A DNA stretch of 48,182 nucleotides from Methanobacteriota archaeon (GTDB taxonomy: Archaea > JAADCQ01 > Methanopyri > Methanopyrales > Methanopyraceae), in contig JAMOPY010000021.1 in assembly GCA_027064305.1 (NCBI GenBank), positions 1 to 48,182 on the forward strand. The letters are read 5' to 3'. The position numbers and the translations under genes were made by a program. Below are positions 30,790 to 40,691 of the stretch, in pieces. Under the pieces are notes generated by a model. It was given only the letters and a program-made list of their open reading frames with translations. It had not been told where the DNA came from and made no database searches. Position 1 is the stretch's first letter. Each line of letters begins with the position of its first letter.

Positions 30790-32732
30790 GCGCGGAGCGG
30801 GTGTACGTGCTGGTCAACGTGCCGGGCACGTTCTCGCTGGAGGACGACTGGGTGAAGGTGTTCGTCACGGCCGCGTCGCTGGCGCGGCCGAGCGGGCCGT
30901 CGGTCGTGCCGGTCCCGGTGCAGGGGCCGGTGGGACCGCTGGAGCTGCGGCTGATGGGGAAGCCGTCCCGGGTGCTCACGTACGGGGTCTCGGCGGTGCG
31001 GCCTGAGTGGGAGCGGTTGCCGGACGACGTGGAGGAGGCCTGCGCTCGGGTGGTGAACGCGGCGAGGGCGGTCGGCGTGCCGGTGGACTTCCTGCTCTGC
31101 CTGGACCCGGCCAACGTGACTCCGGCCCTGGAGCTGGCCCCGGTGGTGTCCAAGCAGCGCGGTGCGATCGTGTGGGGCGACCCGTCGGTGTACCTGAGGA
31201 GCGTGCCGGGCGTGCCGGTGCTGACGCTGGACGAGTACCTGCGGAGTTTCCGGGAGGCGAGCCTGAGGGTGCAGGCGGTCGCCGCGGCGAGTCCCCCGGG
31301 CCCGGGTAACCCGAACCCGATGGCGCTCGCGGCGGTCCTGTTCGCGTGCCTGCGTCCCGCGGTGGTGGGGTTCGTGTCCGGCGGGGACGCGAAGAGCATG
31401 GTGGACGCGGTCCGGGAGCGGTTGCGGACGGCGTACGGAGTGCGGGTGGATACGGGGGATGTGCGGTACCTGGTCGCGTTCGGTGGGGAGTTCTCCGGGC
31501 TGGTGGGATCGTCCGGTGAGGGTCCCGTTGTGGCGGTGTTCCCGTTCCGGGACGTGCCGGGGTTCCTCGCGGCGTGCCGGATGATCCTGTCCGGGCTGGC
31601 GTTCGGGGAGGCTCAGCCGGTGCTGCTCTGCGATCCGGTGAGTCGTTGGGTGAGGTACGAGGCGCGGTTGAGGCGGTGCCTTCAGGCCTCGGTGCTGCGG
31701 GTGACCGACGTGGCGGCGGTGAACGCGGGGTTGTGCGCCCACCCGTGCGCGGTGGTGGACGCGAGCTGGACGTCGGGCGCTCGACCCTCGGGTCAGGGGG
31801 CGTCCTCTCAGGCTCGGCAGGGCCAGCAGCCGGGGCAGGCTCCCGGTGGGCAGCCGGCTCAGCCCGCTCAGCCGGGCGGGCGGGCGGCTTCGACCTCGTC
31901 CTCGTGGTTGGCGGCGCTGGACTCGCAGGGTCGGTGCGCGCTGTTCCTGGCGGTGAGTCCGGGCGTGATCGGGCAGGCCGGGGCGTTCGTGACCCCGAAC
32001 GGGTACCCGAAGTTCTCGTCGGTGGTCGGGTTCGTGAGCCCGGTTGGGGCCTTGATGGCCTACCTGTTCGCGGCGGCCGGGTACGAGCTGGGTGAGGCGG
32101 TGCGGTGGGCGTCGTGCGTGCTGTCGGTGCTCCGGGAGCGTGGGTACGGGTCGGGGGACCTGGTGAACCCCTCCTACGTGCTGATCGGGGACCCGTTCCG
32201 GCGGTTTCGGGCGGCGTTGGAGTACCCGCTGCCGGGGTTGAAGCCCGGGTCGGTGACGGTTCGGGTGTCGGAGGCGTTCTTGGTGCCGCTGGGCCGGTAC
32301 TGGGTGCTGCCGTTGGTGTTCCCGGACTTCGTGACCGGGCTGTGGGACGTGCCCAAGGACAGTCATTGGACGGTGGTGGGGAAGGGGTTGGAGTTCGCGC
32401 GGTGTCGGGTGGGTGCCAGGGAGTTCGCGGTGGGCGCGGTGGTGGCGGCCCCGGAGGGGGTTCGGTCGTCCTACGCGCTGCCGTTGAACGAATTCAATAA
32501 GTACCGAGTGACCGTCACGGTCGGGCTCGTCTCCGGCTCGGAGGGCTCGTCCGGCCCGAGGTCGGTGGGGGTTCCGATTTGCGGGACCGCGGTAGCGTCA
32601 GCATTGTGGCTGGTGGTCAGTGGGGCGATGAGGGGAAGGGGAAGGTCGTCGCGTACCTGGCGGTGCAGGATGAGCCGAGCGTGGTGGCGAGGGCGGGCGT
32701 GGGTCCGAACGCGGGCCACACGGTGCGGGTGA
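30738..32732 (+). CDS. Large secreted protein, possible degenerate C25/caspase-like fold
   Basis: Signal peptide [19 protein letters not shown]; Q/P/G linker; GYELGEA...YVLIGDP motif; VP-hydrophobic-basic segment near C-terminus. Confidence 0.7.
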   Translation: MRAGVVLLALVVAAAPVSAERVYVLVNVPGTFSLEDDWVKVFVTAASLARPSGPSVVPVPVQGPVGPLELRLMGKPSRVLTYGVSAVRPEWERLPDDVEEACARVVNAARAVGVPVDFLLCLDPANVTPALELAPVVSKQRGAIVWGDPSVYLRSVPGVPVLTLDEYLRSFREASLRVQAVAAASPPGPGNPNPMALAAVLFACLRPAVVGFVSGGDAKSMVDAVRERLRTAYGVRVDTGDVRYLVAFGGEFSGLVGSSGEGPVVAVFPFRDVPGFLAACRMILSGLAFGEAQPVLLCDPVSRWVRYEARLRRCLQASVLRVTDVAAVNAGLCAHPCAVVDASWTSGARPSGQGASSQARQGQQPGQAPGGQPAQPAQPGGRAASTSSSWLAALDSQGRCALFLAVSPGVIGQAGAFVTPNGYPKFSSVVGFVSPVGALMAYLFAAAGYELGEAVRWASCVLSVLRERGYGSGDLVNPSYVLIGDPFRRFRAALEYPLPGLKPGSVTVRVSEAFLVPLGRYWVLPLVFPDFVTGLWDVPKDSHWTVVGKGLEFARCRVGAREFAVGAVVAAPEGVRSSYALPLNEFNKYRVTVTVGLVSGSEGSSGPRSVGVPICGTAVASALWLVVSGAMRGRGRSSRTWRCRMSRAWWRGRAWVRTRATRCG

Positions 32733-33619
32733 ACGGGGAGGAGTACGGGCTGCGGCAGGTGCCGTGCGGGTTCCCGTACGAGGACGCGGAGCTGGCGATC
32801 GGTCCCGGGGTGCTGGTGAACCCGGAGGTCCTGCTGGACGAGGTGGAGCGGTTGTCCCGGTTTCGGGTGGGTGAGCGGCTCACGGTGGACGAGCGGTGCG
32901 CGATCATCGAGCGGAAGCACATCGAGGCGGAGCGGCGGTCGAGGCACCTGTCGGACGAGATCGACACGACGGGGACGGGGTGCGGGCCGGCGAACGCGGA
33001 CCGGGCGCTGCGGAAGGCGAAGCTGGCGCGGGACGTGGAGGAGCTGGAGGAGTTCCTCGGGGACGTGCCGTGCCTGGTGAACGGGAGCGTGAACGAGGGT
33101 GAGGACGTGCTGGTGGAGGGCACGCAGGGGTTCGGGCTCTCGCTGTACCACGGGATCGACTACCCGTACGTGACGAGCAAGGACACGACGGCGAGCGCCT
33201 TCGCGTCGGACGTGGGGATCGGGCCGACGCGGGTGGACGAGGTGTACGTGGTGTTCAAGGCGTACGCGACGCGGGTGGGCGAGGGCCCGTTCCCGACGGA
33301 GCTGAGCCGAGAGGAGGTGATCGAGCGGTTCGGGGAGGAGATCCTGGAGGTGGAGCGCGGAACGGTGACGGGGCGGCCGAGGCGGATCGGGGAGTTCGAC
33401 TTCAAGATGGCCAAGCGGGCGTGCGTGATCAACGGGGCGACGCAGGTGGTGCTCACGTGCATCGACCGGCGGTTCCCGGACGCGGCGGAGGCGGAGACGT
33501 GGGGTGAGCTGCCCGGGGAGGCGAAGCGGTTCGTTGAGAAGGTCGAGGAGGCCGTGGGCGTGCCGGTGACGCTGATCTCCACGGGGCCCGAGCTGGATCA
33601 CATGGTGGACCTGCGGTGA
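32579..33619 (+). CDS. purA: Adenylosuccinate synthetase (short archaeal form)
   Basis: [50 protein letters not shown]. Confidence 0.96.
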   Translation: MRDRGSVSIVAGGQWGDEGKGKVVAYLAVQDEPSVVARAGVGPNAGHTVRVNGEEYGLRQVPCGFPYEDAELAIGPGVLVNPEVLLDEVERLSRFRVGERLTVDERCAIIERKHIEAERRSRHLSDEIDTTGTGCGPANADRALRKAKLARDVEELEEFLGDVPCLVNGSVNEGEDVLVEGTQGFGLSLYHGIDYPYVTSKDTTASAFASDVGIGPTRVDEVYVVFKAYATRVGEGPFPTELSREEVIERFGEEILEVERGTVTGRPRRIGEFDFKMAKRACVINGATQVVLTCIDRRFPDAAEAETWGELPGEAKRFVEKVEEAVGVPVTLISTGPELDHMVDLR

Positions 33620-34920
33620 CCGCTCTCCCCTTTCACCTCCCTCAGCAGCTCTCGGACGCGGTCCGTGGTCGGGACGCGCACCACCTCGAACCGGTCCCTC
33701 TCGTCCAACGGCGCCGTCGCGTCGAGGACGGCCTTCGCCATCACGCCGTCCTCGCTGGACGGGTCGAGCGTCGAGCCCAGACCGCGCACCACGTGCAGGT
33801 CCCGGTCGGCTTGGAAGCGGGTGGCCAGGGCGTACTCGACCTGCTCCGGATCGTCCGGGTCGATGTCCTCGTCCACCACGACCACGTGCTTGAGGCTCGG
33901 GTGCGCGGCGAGGGCGGCCAGGCCCGCGTTCACCGCCTCGCCCTCCGTCCGCTTCCGGATGGAGACGACCGCGTGCAGCCAGCGGCCGCCCCCCGGGGTC
34001 AGCCGGACCTTCCTCACGTCGCACACCCGGGAGACGTGCGCGAGGATGGTCGCCTCCGCCGGGCCCCCCATCATGATGCGGTGCTCCTCGCCGCCTGGGA
34101 GGATCACGGTGGGCGTGAAGTCCTCGCGCGCGTACACCTTCTCCACGACCAGGACGGGCTCCCGACGGCGCTCGTCCAGGGTCCTCGTCACGTCGACGAA
34201 CGGTCCCTCCGGGGCCCGCTCGTCCACGAGGCGGCCCACCAGCACGACCTCGCTCTCCGCGGGCACGGGTAGGTCGTGGTCCACCAGGTGCACCCGGAAG
34301 CCGTCCCAGAAGGCGGCCGCGACCGTCAGCTCGTCCACGTCGTACGGGACCCGGGCGCAGCAGGCGAACATGGTTCGCGGGTCCACACCCAGGCACACGG
34401 CCACGGGTAGGTCGCGGCCGGACCGCTCGTAGTACCGGTACAGGTGCCGGGGCACGATCCGCACGGCGAAGCGACCGTCGCCCAGGTACATCATGCGGTG
34501 AACCGAGGCGTTGGGCGTGCCCTCCTCGGGCTCGCGCGCGATGATCAGGGAGGTGGTCAGGTAGGGGCCGCCGTCCGTCCGGTAGAACCGGCACATGGGG
34601 AGCTCCTCGTCCAGGAACCCGGGCCCGTGCTCGGTCTCCGTGAACGCGGGCGAGGGGTCCCTCCCGGGTCGCTCGGGCCGGTCCATGGCCCTCGCCAGGC
34701 GGTGGAGCACGTCGTCCCACGAGTCGACGCCGAGCGCCCGGACCAGGTATTCGCGTCGGGCGCAGAGGTTTCCGATCAGGCTGGCTCGGTATCCCTCGAC
34801 GCGCTCGAAGAGGACGGGCCGGTTCAGGCCCTGGAGGACGGCCGGGACCTCGTACTCCGGTGAGAGCTCCCGGCGCACGGTCACCAGCTCGTCCTCGACG
34901 ACTTTAAGGAAGTCCCGCAC
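33598..34920 (-). CDS. UbiD family decarboxylase (likely anhydromevalonate phosphate decarboxylase)
   Basis: [27 protein letters not shown]...[13 protein letters not shown]; specific role inferred from archaeal mevalonate pathway. Confidence 0.85.
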   Translation of the reverse strand: MRDFLKVVEDELVTVRRELSPEYEVPAVLQGLNRPVLFERVEGYRASLIGNLCARREYLVRALGVDSWDDVLHRLARAMDRPERPGRDPSPAFTETEHGPGFLDEELPMCRFYRTDGGPYLTTSLIIAREPEEGTPNASVHRMMYLGDGRFAVRIVPRHLYRYYERSGRDLPVAVCLGVDPRTMFACCARVPYDVDELTVAAAFWDGFRVHLVDHDLPVPAESEVVLVGRLVDERAPEGPFVDVTRTLDERRREPVLVVEKVYAREDFTPTVILPGGEEHRIMMGGPAEATILAHVSRVCDVRKVRLTPGGGRWLHAVVSIRKRTEGEAVNAGLAALAAHPSLKHVVVVDEDIDPDDPEQVEYALATRFQADRDLHVVRGLGSTLDPSSEDGVMAKAVLDATAPLDERDRFEVVRVPTTDRVRELLREVKGESGHRRSTM

Positions 34921-34930
34921 GACCGGGCCC

Positions 34931-34989
34931 CCGGGATGAAGAGAAAGTCCCGGACCGAGGGGTGAGGACCGGGACGCGGGCGGACCCCG
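34931..34989 (+). ncRNA. Box C/D sRNA candidate 4
   Basis: CC-GGGATGA-AGAGAAAGTCCCGGA-CCGA-GGGGTGA-GGACCGGGACGCGGG-CGGA-CCCCG: same layout as candidate 1, fills the npdG-ubiD gap on the opposite strand. Confidence 0.65.
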
Positions 34990-34990
34990 A

Positions 34991-35665
34991 TCACTCGATC
35001 CCCGTGAACCGGATGCCGATGCCCTTCTTCCCGTACCGCTGGTTCAGCCCGATCAGCAGGGCGGTGATGGACTCCACGATCCGGGCGTTGGCGAGTGGCC
35101 CGCCGTCGATCGCCCGCACGCCGGGGATGTCCTCCGCGAGCTCCATCACCGTCCTCTTCGCGTCCTCGTCGTCGGAGCAGACGACCACGTCGCACTCGAC
35201 CTCCCGGTCCAGGTCCCGGAGTAGCTCCGCCGAGACGTTCTCGAAGGCCGAGACGACGGGCTGCTCCACCAGGGACTGCACGGTCTCCGCGGCCGAGCCC
35301 TCCCACGGGGTGATGGTCCGGGTGGGTCGGCCGCCGATGGCCGTCTCCAGCGGTACGGTCACGTCCACGATGATCGCGTCGTCCGGGAGCGCGTCGCGGA
35401 GCCCTCGGACCGTCTCGATCACGGCGAAGAAGGGCACCGTGAGAAGGACCACGTCCGCGTCCGAGACGGCCTTCTCGTTCTCCCTCCCCTCCACGGTCGC
35501 GTCCTCGTACCCGTGCTCGGAGAGGATCTCCACCGCCCTCTCGGCGGCCTTGAGCGCCCGCTCCTCCTCCCGGGATCCGATCACGACCTCGTGGCCCGCG
35601 GCCGCGAATCGGAGGGCCAGCCCGAACCCCTGATCGCCGGTGCCCCCAACCAGGGCGAGGCGCAT
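34991..35665 (-). CDS. npdG: F420H2:NADP+ oxidoreductase
   Basis: GGTGDQGFGLA, IGSR, VDVTVPL, GSAAE, SAFENVSA, DGGPLANAR.VE.IT. Confidence 0.93.
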   Translation of the reverse strand: MRLALVGGTGDQGFGLALRFAAAGHEVVIGSREEERALKAAERAVEILSEHGYEDATVEGRENEKAVSDADVVLLTVPFFAVIETVRGLRDALPDDAIIVDVTVPLETAIGGRPTRTITPWEGSAAETVQSLVEQPVVSAFENVSAELLRDLDREVECDVVVCSDDEDAKRTVMELAEDIPGVRAIDGGPLANARIVESITALLIGLNQRYGKKGIGIRFTGIE

Positions 35666-35719
35666 CGTCCGACCCCCGGCCCCGGCCCGCGGCCCGGGTT
35701 TTAGGGGTGCCGGCCTCGC

Positions 35720-36475
35720 TCAGAACAGCTGGAGGGCGTTGTCTCGGGTGACGGCCTCCACGTCGTCGAATCCCCTCCGCTCGAGCTCGAGGGCGACCTC
35801 GGCCACGGCGAGCACGTTGCTGGGGGCCAGGGAGGCGTCGCTGTTGATCAGGATGCGGTCCGCGTCCTCCCGGTGGTTCAGGACCATCTCGACGGCCTCC
35901 TCGACGGTGGCCTTGCCCGGCTGGACCGAGATGCCCGCGTTCAGGCCCCGCTCGAGCACGTCGTTCAGGAACCGCTCGTTCAGGTGATCCACCACGACCA
36001 GGGCCGGGTCCGCGTCGGAGTCTTGGATTGTCTCCAGGGTTCGGGCGACGACCCGGGGGTCCCGGCTGCGCGGCGTGTGAACCACGACGGGCACGTCCTC
36101 GGTGGCGGCGAGGTCGAGCTGCTCGCGGAAGACCTCCACCTCCCGCTCGGTGGCCCGCTCCAGTCCGATCTCGCCGACGGCGTCGAGGTCGCTCAGGCGC
36201 TCCTCCAGGGCCCTCAGGGCCCTCTCGGTCCCCCGCTCCGGGATGGCGCGCGGGTGCACCCCGAGCCCGACGCGGGCGTCGATGAGGTACTCGTCGGCCC
36301 GCTCCGCGGCGGCCCGGACCGCCTCCCAGTGGCCGAGGAGGGCGTCGTGGGTTCGGGCGGGTATGGGGTCGTGGGAGAGGGTGAGCGCGTATCGGATCCC
36401 GGCCAGGCTCATGCGTCGGAGGTCGTCCTCCGGGCGCACGTCCAGGTGCACGTGGGCGTCGAACTTGGCGAACAC
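35720..36475 (-). CDS. TatD family metal-dependent hydrolase
   Basis: DAHVH, GVHP, VGEIGL, VVHTP, VVDH, INSD; GTG 36475. Confidence 0.88.
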   Translation of the reverse strand: MFAKFDAHVHLDVRPEDDLRRMSLAGIRYALTLSHDPIPARTHDALLGHWEAVRAAAERADEYLIDARVGLGVHPRAIPERGTERALRALEERLSDLDAVGEIGLERATEREVEVFREQLDLAATEDVPVVVHTPRSRDPRVVARTLETIQDSDADPALVVVDHLNERFLNDVLERGLNAGISVQPGKATVEEAVEMVLNHREDADRILINSDASLAPSNVLAVAEVALELERRGFDDVEAVTRDNALQLF

Positions 36476-36497
36476 GGCCGGCCGCCCCCGGTTCTCA

Positions 36498-36511
36498 GAG
36501 TTTAAATACTC
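36498..36511. promoter_or_regulatory. Bidirectional TATA box within GAGT...ACTC dyad
   Basis: GAGTTTAAATACTC between divergent tatD-like and regulator genes, ~25 bp from the tatD start. Confidence 0.6.
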
Positions 36512-36544
36512 AGGCGCCCCCGGTGCTCGATGGGGGTGAGCCCG

Positions 36545-37093
36545 ATGGCCGAGTCCGTGGAGGAGGTTATCGACCTCTCGGAGATCCCGTTCCAGCCGAT
36601 GGACAAGCAGGAGATTCACCAGCTGGAGACCGTGCTGCTGGTGGCGACGCTGTTCCGACCGAAGGTGCTGGAGATGATCCACGAGGAGAAGTTCCTGACG
36701 TGGGTGGACTCGCTGGCGGTGGCGGCGGCCGCGCTGGCGCGGCAGAAGGCCGGGTACACGGTGTCGGAGATCGCGGAGGAGCTGGGGCGCACGGAGACCA
36801 CGATCCGGAAGCACCTGCAGGGTGAGACGAAGGCGGGACAGCTCGTCCTGGAGACCTACGACATGCTGAAGAGCGGGGAGCTCAAGATCGTGACGGGCAA
36901 GGAGGAGGTGGAGGAGAAGCTGAGGGCGGAGGAAGAGGAGCTGGAGCGGCTGCGCTCTAAGGTGGGCGACGTGGCCTCCTCGCTGAACCGGGTGGTGGAG
37001 GCCCTGAGCGAGTGTCGGTCCTCGATGGACGACGCGATCGAGGAGTTGGAGGGCGTGGTGGAGGAGCTGAAGGAGCTCAGCGAGGGCGAGTAG
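36545..37093 (+). CDS. HTH transcriptional regulator (COG1318 / KaiC-associated regulatory domain) with coiled-coil tail
   Basis: LTWVDSLAVAAAALAR.KAG..SEIAEELGRTE.TIRKHL.GETKAG.LV. Confidence 0.8.
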   Translation: MAESVEEVIDLSEIPFQPMDKQEIHQLETVLLVATLFRPKVLEMIHEEKFLTWVDSLAVAAAALARQKAGYTVSEIAEELGRTETTIRKHLQGETKAGQLVLETYDMLKSGELKIVTGKEEVEEKLRAEEEELERLRSKVGDVASSLNRVVEALSECRSSMDDAIEELEGVVEELKELSEGE

Positions 37094-37709
37094 CCTCCCG
37101 AAGCCCGCGGAGCCGCTTGCGCAGCCCCTCCAGGTACCTCTCCACCTTCTCCTCGTCCACGGGCTGCTTCCAGGAGCCCGCGAGCATGCACTTGGGCTCG
37201 GACCCGCGCACGGACACGCGCCGCTCGACCAACCCCTCGTACACCTCCCGCTTTTCTAGGCCCCAGACCGGGGTCTGGTACTCGACGCCGTACTCGCCGC
37301 ACATCTCCTCCCAGAACTCCTTGGCGGCGGGCGTCTGCTCCGGGTAGTCCCGGGATCGGCGGTCCCCGGTCACGATCACGTCCGGGTCCAGCCGCTCGAG
37401 CGCGTGGTACAGCATGCAGAACTTGCAGTCCAGGCAGACCGGATTCCACCCGAACCGCAGGATCCGGCGCTCGAGCCCGCGGAGTCCCCACCGATGGAAG
37501 AGTCCGTGCACGTCGAACACGCGCCACTCCAGGTCGCACTCCACGCGCCGGCGTACCTGGGCGTAGTTGAGCCTCGCCTTTTCGACGTTCAGCAGGACCC
37601 CGTTGTCGTACGTGGCGAGGAGCATGTGGTCCGGCTTCAACTCCTCCCAGGCTAGGAGGGAGGAGAGGACGGAGTCGGGGCCGCCGGAGAAGAGGACGAC
37701 CACGCGCAT
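37077..37709 (-). CDS. PP-loop (N-type ATP pyrophosphatase) protein
   Basis: VVLFSGGPDS, CLDCK, TGDR, YPEQ, PKC. Confidence 0.8.
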   Translation of the reverse strand: MRVVVLFSGGPDSVLSSLLAWEELKPDHMLLATYDNGVLLNVEKARLNYAQVRRRVECDLEWRVFDVHGLFHRWGLRGLERRILRFGWNPVCLDCKFCMLYHALERLDPDVIVTGDRRSRDYPEQTPAAKEFWEEMCGEYGVEYQTPVWGLEKREVYEGLVERRVSVRGSEPKCMLAGSWKQPVDEEKVERYLEGLRKRLRGLREATRPR

Positions 37710-37721
37710 CGCGGGGCCCCT

Positions 37722-38900
37722 TCAGGACACCTCGAGCCCGTGCTCCTCCGCGATCCCGTGGAAGGCCTCGATCACCCGGTCCACCTGCTCCTCCGAGAGC
37801 CCGTACACGCTCAGCTTGATCGCCTTGGTCTGACCGGGCTGGATCCCCATGATCCCGCGCTCCTTGAGCTCCTCGTACAGGAAGTAGCCCTTCCTCGGGT
37901 GCTCCCGGGCGATCCGGTGGAAGCCCGGGGTCTCGAGCTTCACCAGGTCGTGCCGTTTGGGCCGCTCTCCGAGCTGTCGAACGCCCTCGATCCGCTCGAG
38001 CTCCTCCACGAGCCGTCGGGTCTTCCTGACCTCGTCTTCCCACCGCTTGACGCGCTCGACCACGTGCGGGAAGCTGGCCATCATGGTGACGATCGGGGCC
38101 CCCATCACCGTGCAGCCGAGCAGCTCCACCTCCTTGTGCGGCCAGCTGCGCCCGGAGACGTCGCCCTCGATGGAGGAGCCTCGGAGTACCTCATCCGCCC
38201 ACTCGTCCCGCATCGCCAGGACGCCGCAGGGGGCGCAGGCGGCCAGACCCTTGTGCCCGCTGCCGATCATGAAATCCGGCTTGGGATTGAGCCGGGAGAG
38301 GTCCATGCGGCCCATCGTGTAGGCGCAGTTGAGAACGCACGGGACACCCCGCTTCCGACAGATCTTGATGAACCTCTCCGCGTCCGCCAGGTTCCCGTAC
38401 TCGCTGTCCACGTGGGTGAGCAGGGCGAGCGCGGGCGGGTCCCCGGTCTCGTCCTCCACCTCGTCGAAGACCCGCTCGTACTCCTCCACCCGGACGCGGT
38501 ACTCCGGGTGGCCCGTGTGCGGAACCTCCCGGACCCCTACCCCCCACCGTTCCGCGGCGAGGAACGTGGTGTAGTGGGCCAGGGCGTCGACGACCATGAC
38601 GTCCCCCTCCTCGCACAGGGCCCCTACCACGGCCTCCTTGGAGTAGCGGGCGCCGGCGGTGACGCGCACGACGTCCATGCCGAGGAACTCCGCCAGGTCC
38701 TCGTGGAACTGCCGGATCGGGGGCTTTTCCACCTCGTGGAGCAGGCCCTCGCAGAAGTCGCACACGCTGTAGCCGTCGCCGAACTCGATGAGCGCCTTCT
38801 TGGCCTCGGGGGTGAGGACGCCGCCCCGCTGGATCGGGTTCACGTTAATGTACCGGCGCTCCGTGTCGCGGACGAGGCGGCGGTAGCGGTCGAGGTTCAC
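37722..38900 (-). CDS. pscS: O-phosphoseryl-tRNA:Cys-tRNA synthase (SepCysS)
   Basis: NPIQRGG, DGYSVCDFC, GAR, AHYT, NCAY, SGHK, LLGCT. Confidence 0.95.
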   Translation of the reverse strand: MNLDRYRRLVRDTERRYINVNPIQRGGVLTPEAKKALIEFGDGYSVCDFCEGLLHEVEKPPIRQFHEDLAEFLGMDVVRVTAGARYSKEAVVGALCEEGDVMVVDALAHYTTFLAAERWGVGVREVPHTGHPEYRVRVEEYERVFDEVEDETGDPPALALLTHVDSEYGNLADAERFIKICRKRGVPCVLNCAYTMGRMDLSRLNPKPDFMIGSGHKGLAACAPCGVLAMRDEWADEVLRGSSIEGDVSGRSWPHKEVELLGCTVMGAPIVTMMASFPHVVERVKRWEDEVRKTRRLVEELERIEGVRQLGERPKRHDLVKLETPGFHRIAREHPRKGYFLYEELKERGIMGIQPGQTKAIKLSVYGLSEEQVDRVIEAFHGIAEEHGLEVS

Positions 38901-38912
38901 GGGGGCGCCCCC

Positions 38913-39341
38913 TCAGAGGTCGACCACGTACTCGGCCACCCACCGGCCGTCCTCGCGCTCGACCCGCATGTTGTGGTACGTGATGGCCTTGACCTCGGTG
39001 TGGAAGGGGTGTCGGTCCGGGTCGTAGGGCTCGCCCCTCGCGGTCCCCACCGCGCGCCATCCGTCGTCGGTGCGCTCCAGCTCGTCCACCTCGAACTCGG
39101 AGAACAGGAGGCCGTTCACCTCGTGCTGGAAGTGGATCTCCTCGAGCCAGTCGTGGAGGAGCTCGACCTCGTCCTCGGCCTCGGTGACCTCGATCCGCAC
39201 CTCCTCCCGCGGCTCGACCGCGTCCAGGTCCGTGATCAGGTCGAACAGGGCCTTGGCCGCCTCGACGAGCAGCTCCTCGAGCGAGTCGGCCCACACGCGG
39301 AAGGCCGCGTCCGCGGTGTGCTCGATCTCCTCCCAGGGCAC
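38913..39341 (-). CDS. Archease
   Basis: EHTAD, EVKAITYH, C-terminal VVDL. Confidence 0.95.
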   Translation of the reverse strand: MPWEEIEHTADAAFRVWADSLEELLVEAAKALFDLITDLDAVEPREEVRIEVTEAEDEVELLHDWLEEIHFQHEVNGLLFSEFEVDELERTDDGWRAVGTARGEPYDPDRHPFHTEVKAITYHNMRVEREDGRWVAEYVVDL

Positions 39342-39409
39342 CGGCGTGGCCCCCGGCCCGCGGAGGGGAAATAAGAGAGAAATCCTTCGGTCGTGCGGGG
39401 TGATGCGGC

Positions 39410-39664
39410 GTGTGCCTGGCGATTCCGGGACGGATCGTGGAGCTGGAGGGTAACCGGGCGATCGTGGACTTCGGCGGCGTGCGGCAGGAGGTGGACGTGA
39501 GCCTGCTGGAGGACGTGAAGGAGGGTGACTGGGTCATCGTGCACACGGGGTTCGCCATCCAGAAGCTCTCCGAGGAGGAGGCGAGGGCGTCGCTGGAGGT
39601 GTGGGAGGAGGTGCTTAAGCACGTGGAGGAGGAGCTGGAGCATGGCGAGGAGGGAGATGGTTAA
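39410..39664 (+). CDS. hypC: Hydrogenase maturation chaperone HypC
   Basis: MCLAIPG, VDFGGV, GDWVIVHTGFAI. Confidence 0.96.
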   Translation: MCLAIPGRIVELEGNRAIVDFGGVRQEVDVSLLEDVKEGDWVIVHTGFAIQKLSEEEARASLEVWEEVLKHVEEELEHGEEGDG

Positions 39665-40691
39665 GCGGCTGGTCCGTCGGGTGCATCGGGAGGCGGAGCG
39701 GGTCGGTCACGAGGTCTCGATCATGCACGTGTGCGGGTCGCACGAGCGGACGATCGTGGAGCACGGGCTGCGCTCGCTCCTTCCGGAGGGTGTGCGCCTC
39801 GTCTGCGGTCCCGGCTGCCCGGTCTGCGTGACGACGGCGGGGGAACTCTCGGCCGCCATCGAGGCGGCGGAGGATGGGATGGTCGTCTGCGCGTTCGGGG
39901 ACGTGTACCGGGTGCCGACCCCGCGCGGCTCGCTCTCGTCCTGCGAGGGTGACGTGAGGGTGGTGCAGAGCGCGCGGCAGGCGGAGCGGGTCGCCGAGTC
40001 GGAGGATCGGGACGTGCTGTACCTGGCGGTGGGGTTCGAGACGACGGCCCCCACGACCGCGGCCGTCCTGCTCGACGACCCGCCCTCGAACCTGTACGTG
40101 CTCTCGGCCCACCGGCTGATACCGCCCGTGATGGAGTGGCTGCTCGAGCGGGGCGAGTGCCGGATCGACGCGTTCATCTGCCCGGGTCACGTGTCCACGA
40201 TCATCGGGGAGCGCCCCTACGAACCGATCGCGGAGCGGACCCCGTGCGTGATCGCGGGGTTCGAGCCCGAGGACGTGCTCATCGCCGTGCTCGCGGCCCT
40301 CAAGATGATCAGGAGGGGTCGGACCGGGCTGGTCAACGAGTACACGAGGGCGGTGAGGCCGGAGGGGAACCGGACGGCCCGGGAGCTCATGGAGCGGGCC
40401 TTCGAGCCGGAGGACCGGCCGTGGCGGGGGTTCCCCACGATCCCGGGGTCCGCGCTGGCCCTGCGGGAGGAGGTGGCGGACCACGACGCGAGGGAGGCGG
40501 GCATCGAGCCCGATTTCAGCGTCGGGGCTCACGAGGGGTGCATCTGCGATCGGATCCTGCGCGGCCTGGCCTCGCCCGAGGACTGCCCCTTATTCGGTCG
40601 GAAGTGCACCCCGACGAACCCGGTGGGCCCGTGCATGGTCTCGGAGGAGGGACCCTGCTTCATCCGGTACCGGTTCGGTGGAGGTACGTGA
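39642..40691 (+). CDS. hypD: Hydrogenase maturation protein HypD
   Basis: MHVCGSHE, GPGCPVCVT, GFETT, PGHVS, CPLFG..CTP..PVGPCMVS.EG.C. Confidence 0.96.
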   Translation: MARREMVKRLVRRVHREAERVGHEVSIMHVCGSHERTIVEHGLRSLLPEGVRLVCGPGCPVCVTTAGELSAAIEAAEDGMVVCAFGDVYRVPTPRGSLSSCEGDVRVVQSARQAERVAESEDRDVLYLAVGFETTAPTTAAVLLDDPPSNLYVLSAHRLIPPVMEWLLERGECRIDAFICPGHVSTIIGERPYEPIAERTPCVIAGFEPEDVLIAVLAALKMIRRGRTGLVNEYTRAVRPEGNRTARELMERAFEPEDRPWRGFPTIPGSALALREEVADHDAREAGIEPDFSVGAHEGCICDRILRGLASPEDCPLFGRKCTPTNPVGPCMVSEEGPCFIRYRFGGGT

